In this document: piece by piece, positions 10,503 through 22,297 of the stretch
How positions within the stretch are numbered: position 1 is the first letter of the stretch
How the letters are laid out: each line of letters starts with the position of its first letter
The notes under the pieces: model-generated
Told to the model about the DNA's origin: nothing
Database searches by the model: none
The model's input: only the letters and a program-made list of their open reading frames with translations
Position numbers and translations under genes: made by a program
Assembly: GCA_963734495.1 (NCBI GenBank)
Contig: CAVTHK010000013.1
Location: 96,001-160,000 of the forward strand
Direction: 5' to 3'
DNA: 64,000 nt
From: an uncultured Spirochaetota bacterium
GTDB lineage: Bacteria; Spirochaetota; Spirochaetia; SZUA-6; CAVTHK01

Positions 10503-11252
10503 CTACCAGCGACGTTCCACGCGCCTGGCGCCGATCGCGAACAGCTTGATCAGGATCACGCCGGCCACGAAGCCGCCGATGTGGGCCCCGTAGGCAACAC
10601 CCCCGCCGCCGCCGCCGAGGTAGCCGAGGCCGCTCACGAGCTGGAACAGGAACCAGATCCCGATCACCACGATCGCGGGCACGTTCATGAGGATCCGCAG
10701 CAGGATGACGCGCACGCGGTTGCGGGGAAACAGCACGAGGTACCCGCCGAGCACGCCGGAGATGGCGCCGGAGGCGCCGAGCGACGGGGTGTAGGCCGCG
10801 TCGGCCCCCGTGGAAGTGAACACGTGCGACGAGGCCGGCGATGATGCCGCAGACCAGGTAGAAGACCAGGTAGCGCCGGTGGCCGAGGCGATCTTCGATG
10901 TTGTCCCCGAAGATAAAGAGGTACAGCATGTTGCCGAGCAGGTGCGCGATCCCCGCGTGCATGAACATCGACGTGATGAGCGTGAGGTACACGGGGATCG
11001 GAGTCGGCTGCAGTCCCGGGAACGCTGGTAGCGGGTCCCCGTTTGAGGGTCGACTGCCACGCGATCGCGGGTCACGACGTCCTTGCCGGTGAGGATCTCG
11101 GCCGGAACGGTCGAGTAGGCGTAGGTGAACGTCAGGTTCTGTCCGAACCCCTGGAGAAAGACGAAGACCGCCACGTTCGCGGCGATGAGCAGCCAGTTGA
11201 CGACCGGCGTCGTGGTCCGGCCGCGATTGTCGTCGCCGATGGGCAGGATCAC
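10503..11252 (-). CDS. Rhomboid-family intramembrane serine protease, frameshifted
   Basis: [49 protein letters not shown]. Confidence 0.9.
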   Translation of the reverse strand: MILPIGDDNRGRTTTPVVNWLLIAANVAVFVFLQGFGQNLTFTYAYSTVPAEILTGKDVVTRDRVAVDPQTGTRYQRSRDCSRLRSPCTSRSSRRCSCTRGSRTCSATCCTSLSSGTTSKIASATGATWSSTWSAASSPASSHVFTSTGADAAYTPSLGASGAISGVLGGYLVLFPRNRVRVILLRILMNVPAIVVIGIWFLFQLVSGLGYLGGGGGGVAYGAHIGGFVAGVILIKLFAIGARRVERRW

Positions 11253-11971
11253 CGCCTCCGCCCCTTGCGCTCGATCAGCTCGATGCCCTCGGGCCGCGCG
11301 ACCACGACCGTGTCGACGATTCCGAGAAAGAAGCCGCACTCGACGACGCCGACCATCGCCTTGATCTCGCTCTCGAGGGCGCGCACGTCGGCGACCGCGC
11401 CGGGGCTCAGGTCCAGGATGAAGTTGCCGCCGTCGGTGACGAACTCCCTGCCCGGCGCCGCGCCGCCGGGCTTGCCCTCTGCGCCCGACTCCCTGCGCAC
11501 CTCGACGTTGTAGCCCCGCTCGCGCAGGCGCCGCTGCACGTGCTTCCACCCGATCGGGATCACCTCGACGGGCACCGAAGTCCTCACCAGGGCCTTGACC
11601 AGCTTGCCGCCGTCGACCACCCAGACATTGCGCCGGGAGTTGGTGGCCACGATCTTCTCGCGCAGCAGCGCGCCGTGACCGCCCTTGATGCCGTTGAGCG
11701 CCGGGTCGACCTCGTCGGCGCCGTCCACCGTCACGTCGACCGCGTTCACGTCGTCGAGGGACACGAGGGGGATGCCGAGCTCGCGGCAGAGCCGGCTCGT
11801 CTCCTCGGAGGTGGAGACCGCCCGCACCTTCAGGCCCTGCGCCACCCGCCTGCCGACCGCCTGGATGGTGTAGTAGACGGTGGTGCCGGTGCCCATCCCG
11901 ATCACCATGCCGTCCTCGACGAACTCCGCCGCGCGCTCGCCGGCGATCCGCTTGAGCTCGTTCTGCTGCAC
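11249..11971 (-). CDS. rpiA: Ribose-5-phosphate isomerase A
   Basis: [46 protein letters not shown]. Confidence 0.95.
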   Translation of the reverse strand: MQQNELKRIAGERAAEFVEDGMVIGMGTGTTVYYTIQAVGRRVAQGLKVRAVSTSEETSRLCRELGIPLVSLDDVNAVDVTVDGADEVDPALNGIKGGHGALLREKIVATNSRRNVWVVDGGKLVKALVRTSVPVEVIPIGWKHVQRRLRERGYNVEVRRESGAEGKPGGAAPGREFVTDGGNFILDLSPGAVADVRALESEIKAMVGVVECGFFLGIVDTVVVARPEGIELIERKGRRR

Positions 11972-12054
11972 GACGAACCTCCTCGGCGCCCCGCATCATA
12001 GACAAACGCCGCCCACCTGGCAAGATTCCGGCGCGGCCGCTATCATGCGGGAGC

Positions 12055-12533
12055 GTGGCCGCAGCCAAGACAAACGCGGTGCGCCTGCTCGAAAGCCGCG
12101 GGGTCGCCTTCACCCTCGCGTCCTATCGAGGTCGGATGAGAGCGCCCTCGACGCCGTGACCGCGGCCGCGAAGCTGGGCGTGGAGCCCGAGCGGGTCTTC
12201 AAGACGCTCGTGACGCGCAGCGACCGCGGCGACGTCTTCGTGTTCTGCATCCCGGGCCCCGCGGAGCTCGACCTCAAGAAGGCCGCGCGCGCGGTCGGAC
12301 GGAAGAAAGTCGAGATGGTGCGGGCGGGCGAGCTGCTCGAGCTCACCGGCTACGTCCGGGGCGGCTGCTCGCCGATCGGGATGAAAAAGCCCTACCCGCT
12401 GCTCGTCGACGAATCGGTCCAGCTCTTCGACGCGGTCTACGTGAGCGCGGGAGTGCGGGGACTGCAGCTCGTCATCGGCCCCGACGCCCTCATCGCGGTC
12501 ACGGGCGCGACGATCGCGGACGTCGCGTCCTGA
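12055..12533 (+). CDS. ybaK: Cys-tRNA(Pro) deacylase YbaK, frameshifted near the 5' end
   Basis: KTNAVRLL, VFKTLV, LDLKKAA, TGYVRGGCSPIGMKK, VSAGVRG. Confidence 0.9.
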
Positions 12534-12554
12534 AGCGGCGGCGACGGCCGGCCG

Positions 12555-14294
12555 CTACGCGCCTTCGCCCCTGCTCTCGATCTTCGACCAGCTGTCCTTG
12601 AGGCCGACGATGCGGTTGAACACCGGCCGCTCCGGCGTGGTGTCCGGGTCGACGACAAAGTAGCCCTGGCGCAGGAACTGGAGACGGGTCTCAGGACGGG
12701 CGCCTTTGAGCCCCGGCTCCACGAGGCAGCCTTGGAGGACCTTCATCGACTCGGGGTTCAGCCGGTCGAGGAACGTCGCGCCTTCGTCGTCGTCGTCGGA
12801 GGCGTCCTGCGGGTTCTCCTTTGCGAAGAGCTGGTCGTACAGCGCGCACCTCCGCCCGCACGGCATGCAGCCGCGGAGACCCAGTGCGAGGTGCCGCGCA
12901 CCTTGCGGCCGTCGGGGGTCGAGCCGCCGCGCGACTCGGGGTCGTAGGTGCAGCGCAGCTCGCTCACCCGGCCGCGCGCGTCCTTGATCACCTCGACGCA
13001 CTTGATGTAGTAGGCGTGCTTGAGCCTGATCTCGGCGCCCGGCGACAGGCGGAACCATTTTTTCGGCGGCTCCTCGCGGAAGTCGTCCTGCTCGATGAAG
13101 AGCTCGCGTGAGAAGGGAAGCATCCGGCTGCCCGCGCTCGGGATCCTCCGGGTTGTTCTCCGCCTCGATCTGCTCGACCTTGCCCTCGGGGTAGTTGACG
13201 AGCACCACCTTGAGCGGCTCGAGCACCGCCATCACGCGCGGCGCCGTCCAGTTGAGCTCCTCGCGGATAAAGTGCTCCATCACCTTGATGTCCACGGTGC
13301 TCGGAACGCGCGAGACGCCCACGCTGCGGATAAAGGCGCGCAGCGCGCTCGCCGTGTAGCCGCGGCGCCGCAGGCCCCGCAGCGTCGGCATGCGCGGGTC
13401 GTCCCAGCCGCGCACGTGGCCTTCGTCGACGAGCTGCTTGAGCAGGCGCTTGCTCATCACCGTGTAGGTGAGGTTGAGCCGCGAGAACTCGTACTGGTGC
13501 GGCGTCGGCCGGGACGGGGACGTTGTTGATGAACCAGTCGTAGAGCTCGCGGTTGTTCACGTAGCCGATGTCGCAGAGCGAGTGGGTCACGCCCTCGATC
13601 GCGTCGGAGAGGCAGTGGGCAAAGTCGTACATCGGGTAGATGCACCACTTGTCGCCGGTGCGGTGATGGCGCACCTTGCGGATGCGGTACATCGTCGGGT
13701 CGCGCATGACGAGGTTCGGGTGCGCCATGTCGATCTTCGCGCGCAGGACGCAGCGCCCCTCGTCGAACTCGCCGCGCTTCATCCGCTCGAGGAGGTCGAG
13801 GTTTTCCTCGACGCCGCGGTCGCGGCAAGGGGCTGTTGCGGCCGGGCTCGGTGGGAGTGCCCCTGTGCTCGCGCATCTGCTCCTGGCTCAGGTCGTCGAC
13901 GTAGGCCTTGCCCTGCTTGACCAGGTAGACCGCCCACTCGTAGAGCTGCTCGTAGTAGTCGGAGGCGAAGTACTCCCGGTCGCCCCAGTCGCAGCCCATC
14001 CACTTGAGGTCTTCGCGCTGGGCGTCGACGTACTCGACGTCCTCCCGCTCCGGGTTGGTGTCGTCGAAGCGCAGGTTGCACTTGCCGCCGAACTCGTCGG
14101 CGATGCCGAAGTCCAGCAGAAAGGCCTTCGCGTGCCCTATGTGCAGGTAGCCGTTGGGCTCCGGCGGGAAGCGCGTCACGACGCGTCCCGCCGTTGCGGC
14201 CCGCCGCAACGTCGGCGGCGACGATTTCGCGTATGAAGTCCCGCCCCGCCTCGGGCGCGCCGGCGCCGGCCGTTTCAGTGACTCGACTGCTCAT
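12555..14294 (-). CDS. glnS: Glutamine--tRNA ligase, several frameshifts
   Basis: [70 protein letters not shown]. Confidence 0.95.
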
Positions 14295-14345
14295 TGTTAC
14301 ACCCGGCCGCCTGGCGGCCTTTCCTGTGTCGCCCGACACATGCTG

Positions 14346-14374
14346 AAAATAGCCGCGCACATATCCAGTGTCAA
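14346..14374 (-). promoter_or_regulatory. Sigma70-type promoter upstream of glnS
   Basis: Minus strand TTGACA-17 nt-TATTTT. Confidence 0.55.
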
Positions 14375-14491
14375 CGCAACGGCCCGCTCGCGTCGACGGC
14401 CCGCTTGTGACGGCGCGTCCGTGACGGCCCGCCCGTGCGCCCCGGACGGTGCGCCCGCGCGATTCCCGCCGTCCGCGGCGACCGCCGGCTT

Positions 14492-15507
14492 TCAGGACGT
14501 CAGCTCGTCCCAGGAACGGAAGACCGCCTCGACGTTCTCGGGCCGGGCGCCAACCCCGAACTCGCACTGCGCGATCACGCCGCCGTCGGCGAACAGCCGG
14601 TCCCGGACCGCCCGCACGGCGGCCTCGACCTCCTCGACCGGCGCGCGGGAGAGGAGGCGCTGCCGGTCGATCTCGCCCCAGAACGTGATCCGGCCGCGAA
14701 AAGGGGCGAGGGCATCGAGCCCCATGCAGAAGAGCTGGGAGTTCAGGGCGTCGACCCCGAGCTCGACCAGGTCCGGCACGATGGGCAGGATCCAGCCGTC
14801 GGAATGCATGAACGCCCGCTTGCCCGCCGCGTGCGCGATCCGCACGTAGTCGCGGTACAGCGGCTTGAACAGCTCCCGCCAGAGCGCGGGCGAGACGAGC
14901 AGGCTCTTCTGGCCCCCCCAGTCGTCCATGAAGAAGAGGCCGTCGACTCTCGTCGACGCCCACAGCTCCATTTCCCGCAGGTAGAACGAGTGCAGGCGGC
15001 CCAGGAACTCGCGCATTCCCGGCGGTCTCTCGAGGAGGTCGGCGTAGAGGTTTTCGGACCCCCGCAGGAACTGCAGGCGCTCGAAGGGCCGCGCGACGCA
15101 CGGGGCGAGCACGAAGAGGTCGGTCGACTCGCAGAACCTGTCGACTTCGGCGACGTCGACGCCGAGCCTCTCGAGCGGGAACCGGACCCGGCTCAGGTCG
15201 TCCCAGCTTGCGATCGCGGGCCGGCTGACCTCGCCGATCGCGCCCGGCTGGATGTTGCGGAACTCGGCGCCCCACTCGTCGACGTAGGTCCCGGCCGCAT
15301 GCGGGTCGCCCGAAACCCGCAGCGGCGTCCGCAGGCAGGAGGGCGCGCCGACGATGTCCGAAGGGTAACGCTCCCGCAGCCCCGCGAGCGCGCCGGGTGA
15401 TGCAGGTCCGCCCACGGGAGCGTCCACAGGTGGCGGGGAACGCGGCCGCGCAGCCGGAAATCGAGCGCCGCGAGCACGCGGGCCCGGCCGCCCGGGGCCG
15501 CTGCCAT
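14492..15507 (-). CDS. Uroporphyrinogen decarboxylase / MtbA-CmuA-like methyltransferase family protein, frameshifted near the 5' end
   Basis: YVDEWG, PFERLQFLRG, DDWGGQ, FMHSDG, TFWGEIDRQ. Confidence 0.8.
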
Positions 15508-15515
15508 CCCACGCG

Positions 15516-15933
15516 TCACGGCCCGAGCCGGCGCATGAACTCGGCGAACTCGTACTCCACGCGGCCGTCATCCGTGACGTGCATCGCCGCGTACCCTTTG
15601 CGGGCCATGCGCTGCAGCGCCTCCTCGGCCTGCGCCGCGGTGAGATCCGTTTCCAGCGCGATCAGGGCGGGGGTGACCTTGCCGTTGGCGTCGCGGGCGA
15701 TGCGCAGGACCTGCTTCTCGTCGGCGGCCTCCCGCTCGGCGGGGGAAAGGCGGGCGGGGCGCGCGGCGATGAGCCGGCGCAGCCCGTGCAGGAACGGCAG
15801 CACCCCGGCGAACACGATGGGGAAGACGGGCCAGAACGTCGCGGGGGTTCAGCGCCCAGACGACGCCGAACGCGCACCCGAAGGCCAGCCCGCTGATGAG
15901 GCTCTCCCACGGCCCCTTCTCGCGCTTTCCCAT
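15516..15933 (-). CDS. Hypothetical membrane protein with a small C-terminal soluble domain, frameshifted
   Basis: Two TM segments, then VLRIARDANGKVTPALIALETDL...GRVEYEF. Confidence 0.6.
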
Positions 15934-16050
15934 GCAGACCAGTTTAGCCGCGGCCGCGCCGGTGAGTCCAGCGCAGTCCACCGCATCCGGCGCCTGCGCG
16001 GCCGTGCCGGCGCCGCCGCCGCGCGCCGCGCCGTCAAGCCGGGCGCCCCG

Positions 16051-16968
16051 TCAGTGGATCGCGCTCAGGTCGTAGGGCGTCGTCTGGTACACGTAGTAGT
16101 TGAGCCAGTTCGAGAAGAACAGGTTCGCGTGGCTCCTCCAGCGGACCTCGGGCGTCCGCGCAGGGTCGTCTTCGGGAAAATAGTTCCGCGGTACGTCGAT
16201 CGGCAGCCCCTTGCTCACGTCGCGATCGTACTCCTCCTTGAGCGTGAGCGGGTCGTACTCCGAGTGGCCGGTCACGTAGATCTCGCGGCCGTCCATGCTG
16301 GCGAGCATGTACAACCCGGCCTCCGCCGACTCCGCGATGATCTCGAGGTCGGACACGGCCGCCACGTCGGTCTCGCGGATCTCCGTGTGCCGCGAATGAG
16401 GGGCGAGGAACACGTCGTCGAAGCCGCGGACGATGGGCGCCCTCTTGTTCAGCACGACGTGAGGGAACACGCCGAACATCTTGCGCGAGAGAGGATACTT
16501 CGGGATCCCGTACTTGTGCTTGAGCGCGGCCTGCACCGCCCAGCAGATGTACAGGGTCGAGGTCACGTTGTGCCTGGTCCAGTCGAGGATGTCGCAGAGC
16601 TCCTTCCAGTAAGTGACCTCTTCGAACTCGATCTGCTCGACGGGGGCTCCCGTGATGATCATGCCGTCGTACTTGCGGTCGTCGATCTGGTCGAAGGTCT
16701 TGTAGAACCTCTCCAGGTGCTCGATGGGCGTGTGGGTCGACGTGTGCGTCGTCGTGCGCAGCAGCTCGATCTCGACCTGCAGCGGCGAGTTCGAGAGCAT
16801 GCGCAGGATGTGCTTCTCCGTCGTGATCTTCACGGGCATGAGGTTGAGCAGGACGATCCTGAGAGGGCGGATGTCCTGGTGGATGGCCCGGGTCTCAGTC
16901 ATGACAAAGACGTTCTCGCCCCGGAGGGTCTCGATCGCGGGCAGATTGTCCGGAAGAATGAGCGGCAT
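16051..16968 (-). CDS. metA: Homoserine O-acyltransferase (MetA family, predicted acetyltransferase)
   Basis: ILLNLMP-like [55 protein letters not shown] before ATG 16968. Confidence 0.95.
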   Translation of the reverse strand: MPLILPDNLPAIETLRGENVFVMTETRAIHQDIRPLRIVLLNLMPVKITTEKHILRMLSNSPLQVEIELLRTTTHTSTHTPIEHLERFYKTFDQIDDRKYDGMIITGAPVEQIEFEEVTYWKELCDILDWTRHNVTSTLYICWAVQAALKHKYGIPKYPLSRKMFGVFPHVVLNKRAPIVRGFDDVFLAPHSRHTEIRETDVAAVSDLEIIAESAEAGLYMLASMDGREIYVTGHSEYDPLTLKEEYDRDVSKGLPIDVPRNYFPEDDPARTPEVRWRSHANLFFSNWLNYYVYQTTPYDLSAIH

Positions 16969-17054
16969 CGTGGATCTCCTCGCAAGCTCGAGAAGATAGT
17001 ATGTGAAGGCGGACCTCGGCCTGTCCAGCCCTCCGCCGGGCGGCGCCGCCGCGC

Positions 17055-17831
17055 TCAGCGGGCCTCCGCGAGCAGAATGACGTGGTGGTCGCAGAACGAA
17101 GCGCCCGCCTCGCCCCAGCGCTCGGGCCGCATCCACTCGCGGACCGCGGGGCTCATCTCCCGCATGAGCGCGACGAGCCGCGCGACCGTCTCCTCGCTGC
17201 ACCCCTGCCGCGAGGTCCATTCCGCGAAGTCGTGACGCTTGAGCACGTGCTCGACAGCGGCGGGCCGGAAGCCCGCTTCCACCAGCATCCGGGTCCACTC
17301 CGCCTGCGAATACGCCCGCACGTGGCTGGGGTCGCGCACCCGCTCGAACCCGTCGATGGCGCGTGCCGCCTCGTCGTCCTCGGGCAGGACGTGGTCCTGC
17401 ACGAGGAGCCTCCCGCCCGGCCGCAGCACCCGGCGGGCCTCGGCGAGAAAGCGCTCGGGGGCCGCGAAATGGTGCGGGGCGATGCGGCACGTGACGAGGT
17501 CGAACGCGCCGGAGGCGTAGGGCAGGTCCTCCGCGTCCGCCTGTTCGAAGGTCACGTTGGACAGTCCGCGGCCGGCGGCGAGCCGCCTGCCCTGCTCGAG
17601 CATGGGCGCCGCGATGTCCGTGGCGACGACCCGCGCGACCCGGGGCGCAAACGCCAGAGCCGTGTGCCCCGCGCCTGTGGCTACGTCGAGCACCGACCAC
17701 CCCGCCTGCGGAGCGGCGAGCCGCACGAGCAGCTCGAGCTCGTCCGCCGCGGCAAAGGTCTTCGCGGAGGCATACGCCTCCGCGAACCGGCCGAACCGCT
17801 CCGCGGCGAGGGACGCAGCGGGCTCCGTCAT
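17055..17831 (-). CDS. Class I SAM-dependent methyltransferase
   Basis: [38 protein letters not shown]. Confidence 0.9.
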   Translation of the reverse strand: MTEPAASLAAERFGRFAEAYASAKTFAAADELELLVRLAAPQAGWSVLDVATGAGHTALAFAPRVARVVATDIAAPMLEQGRRLAAGRGLSNVTFEQADAEDLPYASGAFDLVTCRIAPHHFAAPERFLAEARRVLRPGGRLLVQDHVLPEDDEAARAIDGFERVRDPSHVRAYSQAEWTRMLVEAGFRPAAVEHVLKRHDFAEWTSRQGCSEETVARLVALMREMSPAVREWMRPERWGEAGASFCDHHVILLAEAR

Positions 17832-18423
17832 GTCCTCCCGACGGGCCCTCGCCATAGACGCGGTCGACGAGGCGGTCCAGCTTCGTCCCGCCCAGCTCCG
17901 CCTTGACGATGTCCATCATGACCCGGTCGTAGCGGCGGCCGCCGATGAGCTTCGACTCGCGCCAGCGGCCGATCTCGCGGAACCCGACCTTCCGGTAGCA
18001 GGCGATGGCCCGCCGGTTGTAGGAGAAGACCTCCAGCATGACGCTGTGCAGGTTGAGCACGTTGAAGCCGTAGTCCAGCAGGAGCCGCAGCGCCTCGGTG
18101 CCGTAGCCCCGGCTCCAGTAGCGCTTGTCGCCGATGAAGATCCCGACGACCGCGGTGCCGTTGACGTGATCCTGCCTGTCGAGGGTGCAGTTGCCGACGA
18201 GCTGGTCCGTTTCGAGGTCGACGATGCCGTAGTGGTGGCCCGCCCCGGCCATCCTGCCCAGCAGCTCCCGCTCGCCGGCTGCGGTCACGTGCCCGGTGAC
18301 CATGCTCAGCCCCGAGGTCACGTCCAGGTCGTTGAGCCACTCCGTGTACCTGAGGTAGTCGTCGGCGTCGATCGGAGACAGGTAGCAGTGCTCGCCGACG
18401 AGCTTCCTGAAGTAGCGCCCCAT
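17828..18423 (-). CDS. GNAT N-acetyltransferase (RimJ/RimL type); stop probably lost to an indel
   Basis: [32 protein letters not shown]. Confidence 0.88.
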
Positions 18424-18450
18424 GCTTCCCCCTCGTCGGCCGCGCCCGGG

Positions 18451-19440
18451 CTACCGCGCGAGAACCCGGTCGATCTCGGACATCTGCGACTCCGTGAGCG
18501 GGCCCCGGTCCATGGCGCCCGCGTTCTCCCGGACCTGAGCGAGCGACTTGAAACCCGGGATGGGCACGGTCCGGGCGCTGCGCGCCCAGATCCAGGCGAG
18601 CGCGCCCTGCGCCAGCGTCCGGCCGTTGCTGGTGAGAATCCCGCGGAGCGCCTCGATCTTCGCGATCCACTCGGGCCTCGGCCTGCCTGCCGCAAAGTAG
18701 CGCATCCAGGGCGGGCTCTTCGGCCCGCGCACGTCGTCGGCCGGCAGCACCGACTCCGCCGTGTATCTGCCCCCGAGCAGCCCCATCGCGAGAGGCCCCC
18801 GGTTGATGCTCGCGAGGCCCAGCTCGTCGCAGAGCCGCAGCATCTCGGGGGCGTCCTCGACCACGTTGAGGCGGTTCTGGACGGACGTGCAGTGGGCGCC
18901 CGCTGCGAAGATGCGCGCCCGGTCCGGCAGGTCGGTGCTCCATCCGTAGGCCCGGATCTTGCCGGCCTCGACCAGCCCTTCCAGCGTCTCCCGAACCTCG
19001 GCTGCCCGCGCGGCCTCGTAGGAGCCGAGGTGGAACTGGTAGAGGTCGATGTACTCAGTGCCCAGCCGCCGGAGCGAGGCGTCGCACGCGGACCGGATGT
19101 ACCGCGGTGAGGCGTCGCCGGCTCCGAGCTGCCGGCTCGCCTCGTCGAAGGTGTTGCCGAACTTGGTGGCGATCACGACGGAAGAGCGCCTTGCGCCGAG
19201 CGCCCGGCCCAGCACCCGCTCGCTGTGCCCCGCGCCGTAGACGTCGGCGGTGTCGAAGAAGGTCACGCCCAGGTCTATGGCCGCGTGGATCGCCCGCTCC
19301 GACTCCGCGTCATCGACCCCGCCCCACCCGTCCGCGTTCTCCCCCCGCCAGGCGGGACCGCCGATCGCCCAGCAGCCGAGCCCGAGGGCGCTGACTTCGA
19401 TCCCCGACCTGCCGAGCGCCCGTGCCTGCATCGCACCCAT
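18451..19440 (-). CDS. Aldo/keto reductase
   Basis: LGLGCWAIGG, FFDTADVYGAGHSE, IATKFG, SLRRLGTEYIDLYQFH, PIPG. Confidence 0.93.
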   Translation of the reverse strand: MGAMQARALGRSGIEVSALGLGCWAIGGPAWRGENADGWGGVDDAESERAIHAAIDLGVTFFDTADVYGAGHSERVLGRALGARRSSVVIATKFGNTFDEASRQLGAGDASPRYIRSACDASLRRLGTEYIDLYQFHLGSYEAARAAEVRETLEGLVEAGKIRAYGWSTDLPDRARIFAAGAHCTSVQNRLNVVEDAPEMLRLCDELGLASINRGPLAMGLLGGRYTAESVLPADDVRGPKSPPWMRYFAAGRPRPEWIAKIEALRGILTSNGRTLAQGALAWIWARSARTVPIPGFKSLAQVRENAGAMDRGPLTESQMSEIDRVLAR

Positions 19441-19449
19441 GGCTCCTCC

Positions 19450-20151
19450 CTACGTCCTGCCCAGCAGGAGCAGCGCGGGGGCCGCCTCCACCCCCGTGCG
19501 CCGCACGCGCTCCTCGAGCGCGCGCCCCTCATCGCGCAGCCGCGTGGCCTCCGCGCCGCCGGCGCCCGCGAGGCGGGCCCGGTGCTGCGCGATCTCCTCG
19601 AGCGCCCGCGCCGCGGTCTTGTCGCGGTCCGCGGGCTGGTAGTCGATCACCTCCGGATCCTGCAGCCCCAGCCGCGCCACGAGCGCGATGAGGACCTCGC
19701 GGGAGAACGTCTGGTTGTGTCGGACTCCCGCGAGGGTGTCGGCGCGCGCGCGCCACCCGTGCACCAGGACGTCCGTCCGCTGCGCCTCGCTGGTCGTGCC
19801 CGTGTGCGGCTCGGCAACGATGATCCAGCCGCCCGGCCGCAGGACGCGCCGCATCTCTGCGAGGACCGCCGCGGGGTCCTTCACGTGGTGAAGGGCATAG
19901 GAGATCGACGCGACGTCGAAGCTCGCGTCGGCGAATGCGAGCCGCTCCCCTTCCATGGTGTGGTAGTCCAGGTCGAGCCGGGGGAAGCGCTCCCGGAGCC
20001 TGGGCCCGTAGTCGTCGACGACGTCGACGGCGGTGACGCGGCCGCAGCGCCCGAGGTGCGCCTGCAGCCGCGCGATGGACCCGCCCAGCCCGCAGCCGAC
20101 GTCGAGCACCCGCTCCGCCTCGATTGTCGCCAGTCGGTCGAAGACATCCAC
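19450..20151 (-). CDS. Class I SAM-dependent methyltransferase
   Basis: [34 protein letters not shown] start with GGAGG SD. Confidence 0.85.
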   Translation of the reverse strand: MDVFDRLATIEAERVLDVGCGLGGSIARLQAHLGRCGRVTAVDVVDDYGPRLRERFPRLDLDYHTMEGERLAFADASFDVASISYALHHVKDPAAVLAEMRRVLRPGGWIIVAEPHTGTTSEAQRTDVLVHGWRARADTLAGVRHNQTFSREVLIALVARLGLQDPEVIDYQPADRDKTAARALEEIAQHRARLAGAGGAEATRLRDEGRALEERVRRTGVEAAPALLLLGRT

Positions 20152-20290
20152 CCCGTCCGCCTCCGGCGGCGCTCGCCGCCGCGCCGCGGTCAGGCCCCGC
20201 GGCGCATTCGCCAAAGTATCATCGGCCTCGGCAACGGGCAACCCGCGACCGACCCTCGACAGAACGCCGGGATTCGGCTATCTGTCACGC

Positions 20291-20908
20291 GTGAGCCTCT
20301 CGCCGTCCGACGCAGCGTTCTGGCGCAGGCTGCGGCCGGGCACGCGGCTCGTCGTCCGCGCTCATCCTCCGGGAGCGGATCGGCCGCGGGCCGCGCGCAG
20401 CCGCGAAGTCGAGATCGTCGGCGTACGCCCCCTCGCCGTGGCCGACGAGCAGGGCGCCCTCAGGTCGGAGTACCTGCTCTTCGATCTGCGCTCGGGCGAG
20501 GCCTTCCACACCCTGGTCGTCACGATCGCGGACGGGCGGCTCTCGATCCGCGTCTGCGGGATCCTCGATGAGGGAGCCGTCGGCACGCGCGAGGAGCTCT
20601 CTCAACGAGGCCTCGACTGGCTGTTCGAAGGCGGCGCGGAGGGCCTGAGATACGCCTGCTACCCCGTCGTTCCCCTCGTCGAAGGCGGGCTCGAGCGGCG
20701 CATCCCTTTTGCAGCGGTGTCCGCCGCTCCCGTGCGCGGTGAGTACGCGCCGCCGAAGTCGGATCGCGCGGCCGCCTTCCTGATCATGGAGTACGCGGCG
20801 CTGGAACAGTGCGAGGAGCCCGTTCTCGTCGTGCTCGAGGAGGTCGACACCGCCCGCGTGACCGTCCTTGCCGGGAGCCCGATCGATCCGCGCCAGTTCG
20901 AGCGCTGA
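20291..20908 (+). CDS. Hypothetical protein
   Basis: Open frame with typical codon usage and protein-like composition; no motif recognised. Confidence 0.55.
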   Translation: MSLSPSDAAFWRRLRPGTRLVVRAHPPGADRPRAARSREVEIVGVRPLAVADEQGALRSEYLLFDLRSGEAFHTLVVTIADGRLSIRVCGILDEGAVGTREELSQRGLDWLFEGGAEGLRYACYPVVPLVEGGLERRIPFAAVSAAPVRGEYAPPKSDRAAAFLIMEYAALEQCEEPVLVVLEEVDTARVTVLAGSPIDPRQFER

Positions 20909-20981
20909 GCGCCCGCGGCGGCGCGCGCAGGCGCCGCGGGCGGTTGCCGCCGGCCCCGCTCTCGGCTAATATGGGGCAGCC

Positions 20982-22191
20982 ATGGATCGCAACCGGTTCC
21001 TGATGATCGCGATCGTCGTGATCGCGGTCGTCTTTATCTTCAACCCTTTCGGCCGGAAGCAGCCCGCCGAGCGGCTCTATCCCTCCTACATCAAGAAGGA
21101 AGTCCTCGACCCGATCAGGGCCGACGTCCTCGCCAGGGCCCGGAAGCCCGAGGACTACGTCGCCGGCCTCTTCGATCGACGCGACATCGTCTTCCTGGGC
21201 GAGTTCCCGAAGATCAAGCAGCAGGTGGAGTTCGTGAGCGGACTGATCCCGGTGCTGTACAGGCACGGCGTCACGAACCTCGGGATCGAGCATGCTCTCT
21301 ACGCGAGCCAGGCCGACATCGACGCGCTGCTGTCCGCTCCCGCGTTCGACGAGGCCCGCGCCCGCAGGATCTCCTTCGACTTTATTGTCCTCTGGGGCTT
21401 CGAGGAGTATGAAGGGCTGCTCAAGAGCGCCTGGCAGCTCAACCGGAGCCTCCCGCCCGGCGCCAAGCCGTTCCGCATCGTCGGGCTGAACGTCCGCAGG
21501 CACTGGGAGTACATCCGGACCGAGGACGACATCGACAAGCCCGAGGTCGTGCAGAAGGTGCTCTCCGAGGGCGTTCCCGACCGTTTCATGGCGGACACGA
21601 TCCTGCGGGAGTTCGTCGACCGCGGCGAGAAGGCGCTGGTCTTCCTGAACCTGCAGAGCGGCATCACCAGGTACCGCAACCACGAGTACGAGAAGAACGC
21701 GCAGGCCAAGGGCCTCTCCGAGACCCGGCGCGCCGGCAACATCGTCTTCGACCGGATCGGCGACCGCGCGGCCTTCGTGCCCATGCACGCCCCCTGGCCC
21801 GACAAGAACACGCTGAGCCGGGTCAACTTTCCGGTCGACGGGGTGCTCGACCGCATCATCGCCGCGCAGCCGAAGAGCGGCCGCCGCATGGGGTTCGATG
21901 TCCGCGGCACGCAGGTCGGGGCTCTCGAGATCAAGACCGACGTGTATCGATCGGGCTATGACAACCTCACGCTCGGGGACTTTGCCGACGGCTACGTCAT
22001 CCTCGGTCCGCTGTCGGAGTACGAGACGGTCACGCCGATCCCCGACTTCATCACCGACGCCAACGTCGAGCAGGCGCTGGCGAACTTTCCCGGGCCCCAA
22101 GGAGCCGCGCAAGCTCACGCCGGCGGAGCTCAACCGCTACATCTCGCAGGACGTGGCCAACCTCAAGCGCGTCCTCGATCAGTTCGAGTAA
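20982..22191 (+). CDS. Membrane-anchored hypothetical protein, EreA/ChaN-like fold suspected; frameshift near the 3' end
   Basis: N-terminal TM helix; DIVFLGE...GVTNLGIE pattern. Confidence 0.6.
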
Positions 22192-22297
22192 TCCCCGCGC
22201 GCAAGACGCGCCGGGGTGCGGCGCGCGTCACGGACCCACGCGCTTGCGGAGACAAACGGGTCCTTGTGGGTTAGTACTTCCCGGGAGGCGAGAAAGC

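Noticed and set aside
16969-17054. SAM riboswitch or T-box upstream of metA
   Set aside because: The spacer is too short and has no recognisable consensus.
16051-18423. 790-aa GNAT-MetA 'fusion' ORF
   Set aside because: The middle is the Arg/Ala/Pro-rich shadow frame of the methyltransferase gene. One indel restores the ATGA overlap at ~17828, and metA has its own SD and ATG.
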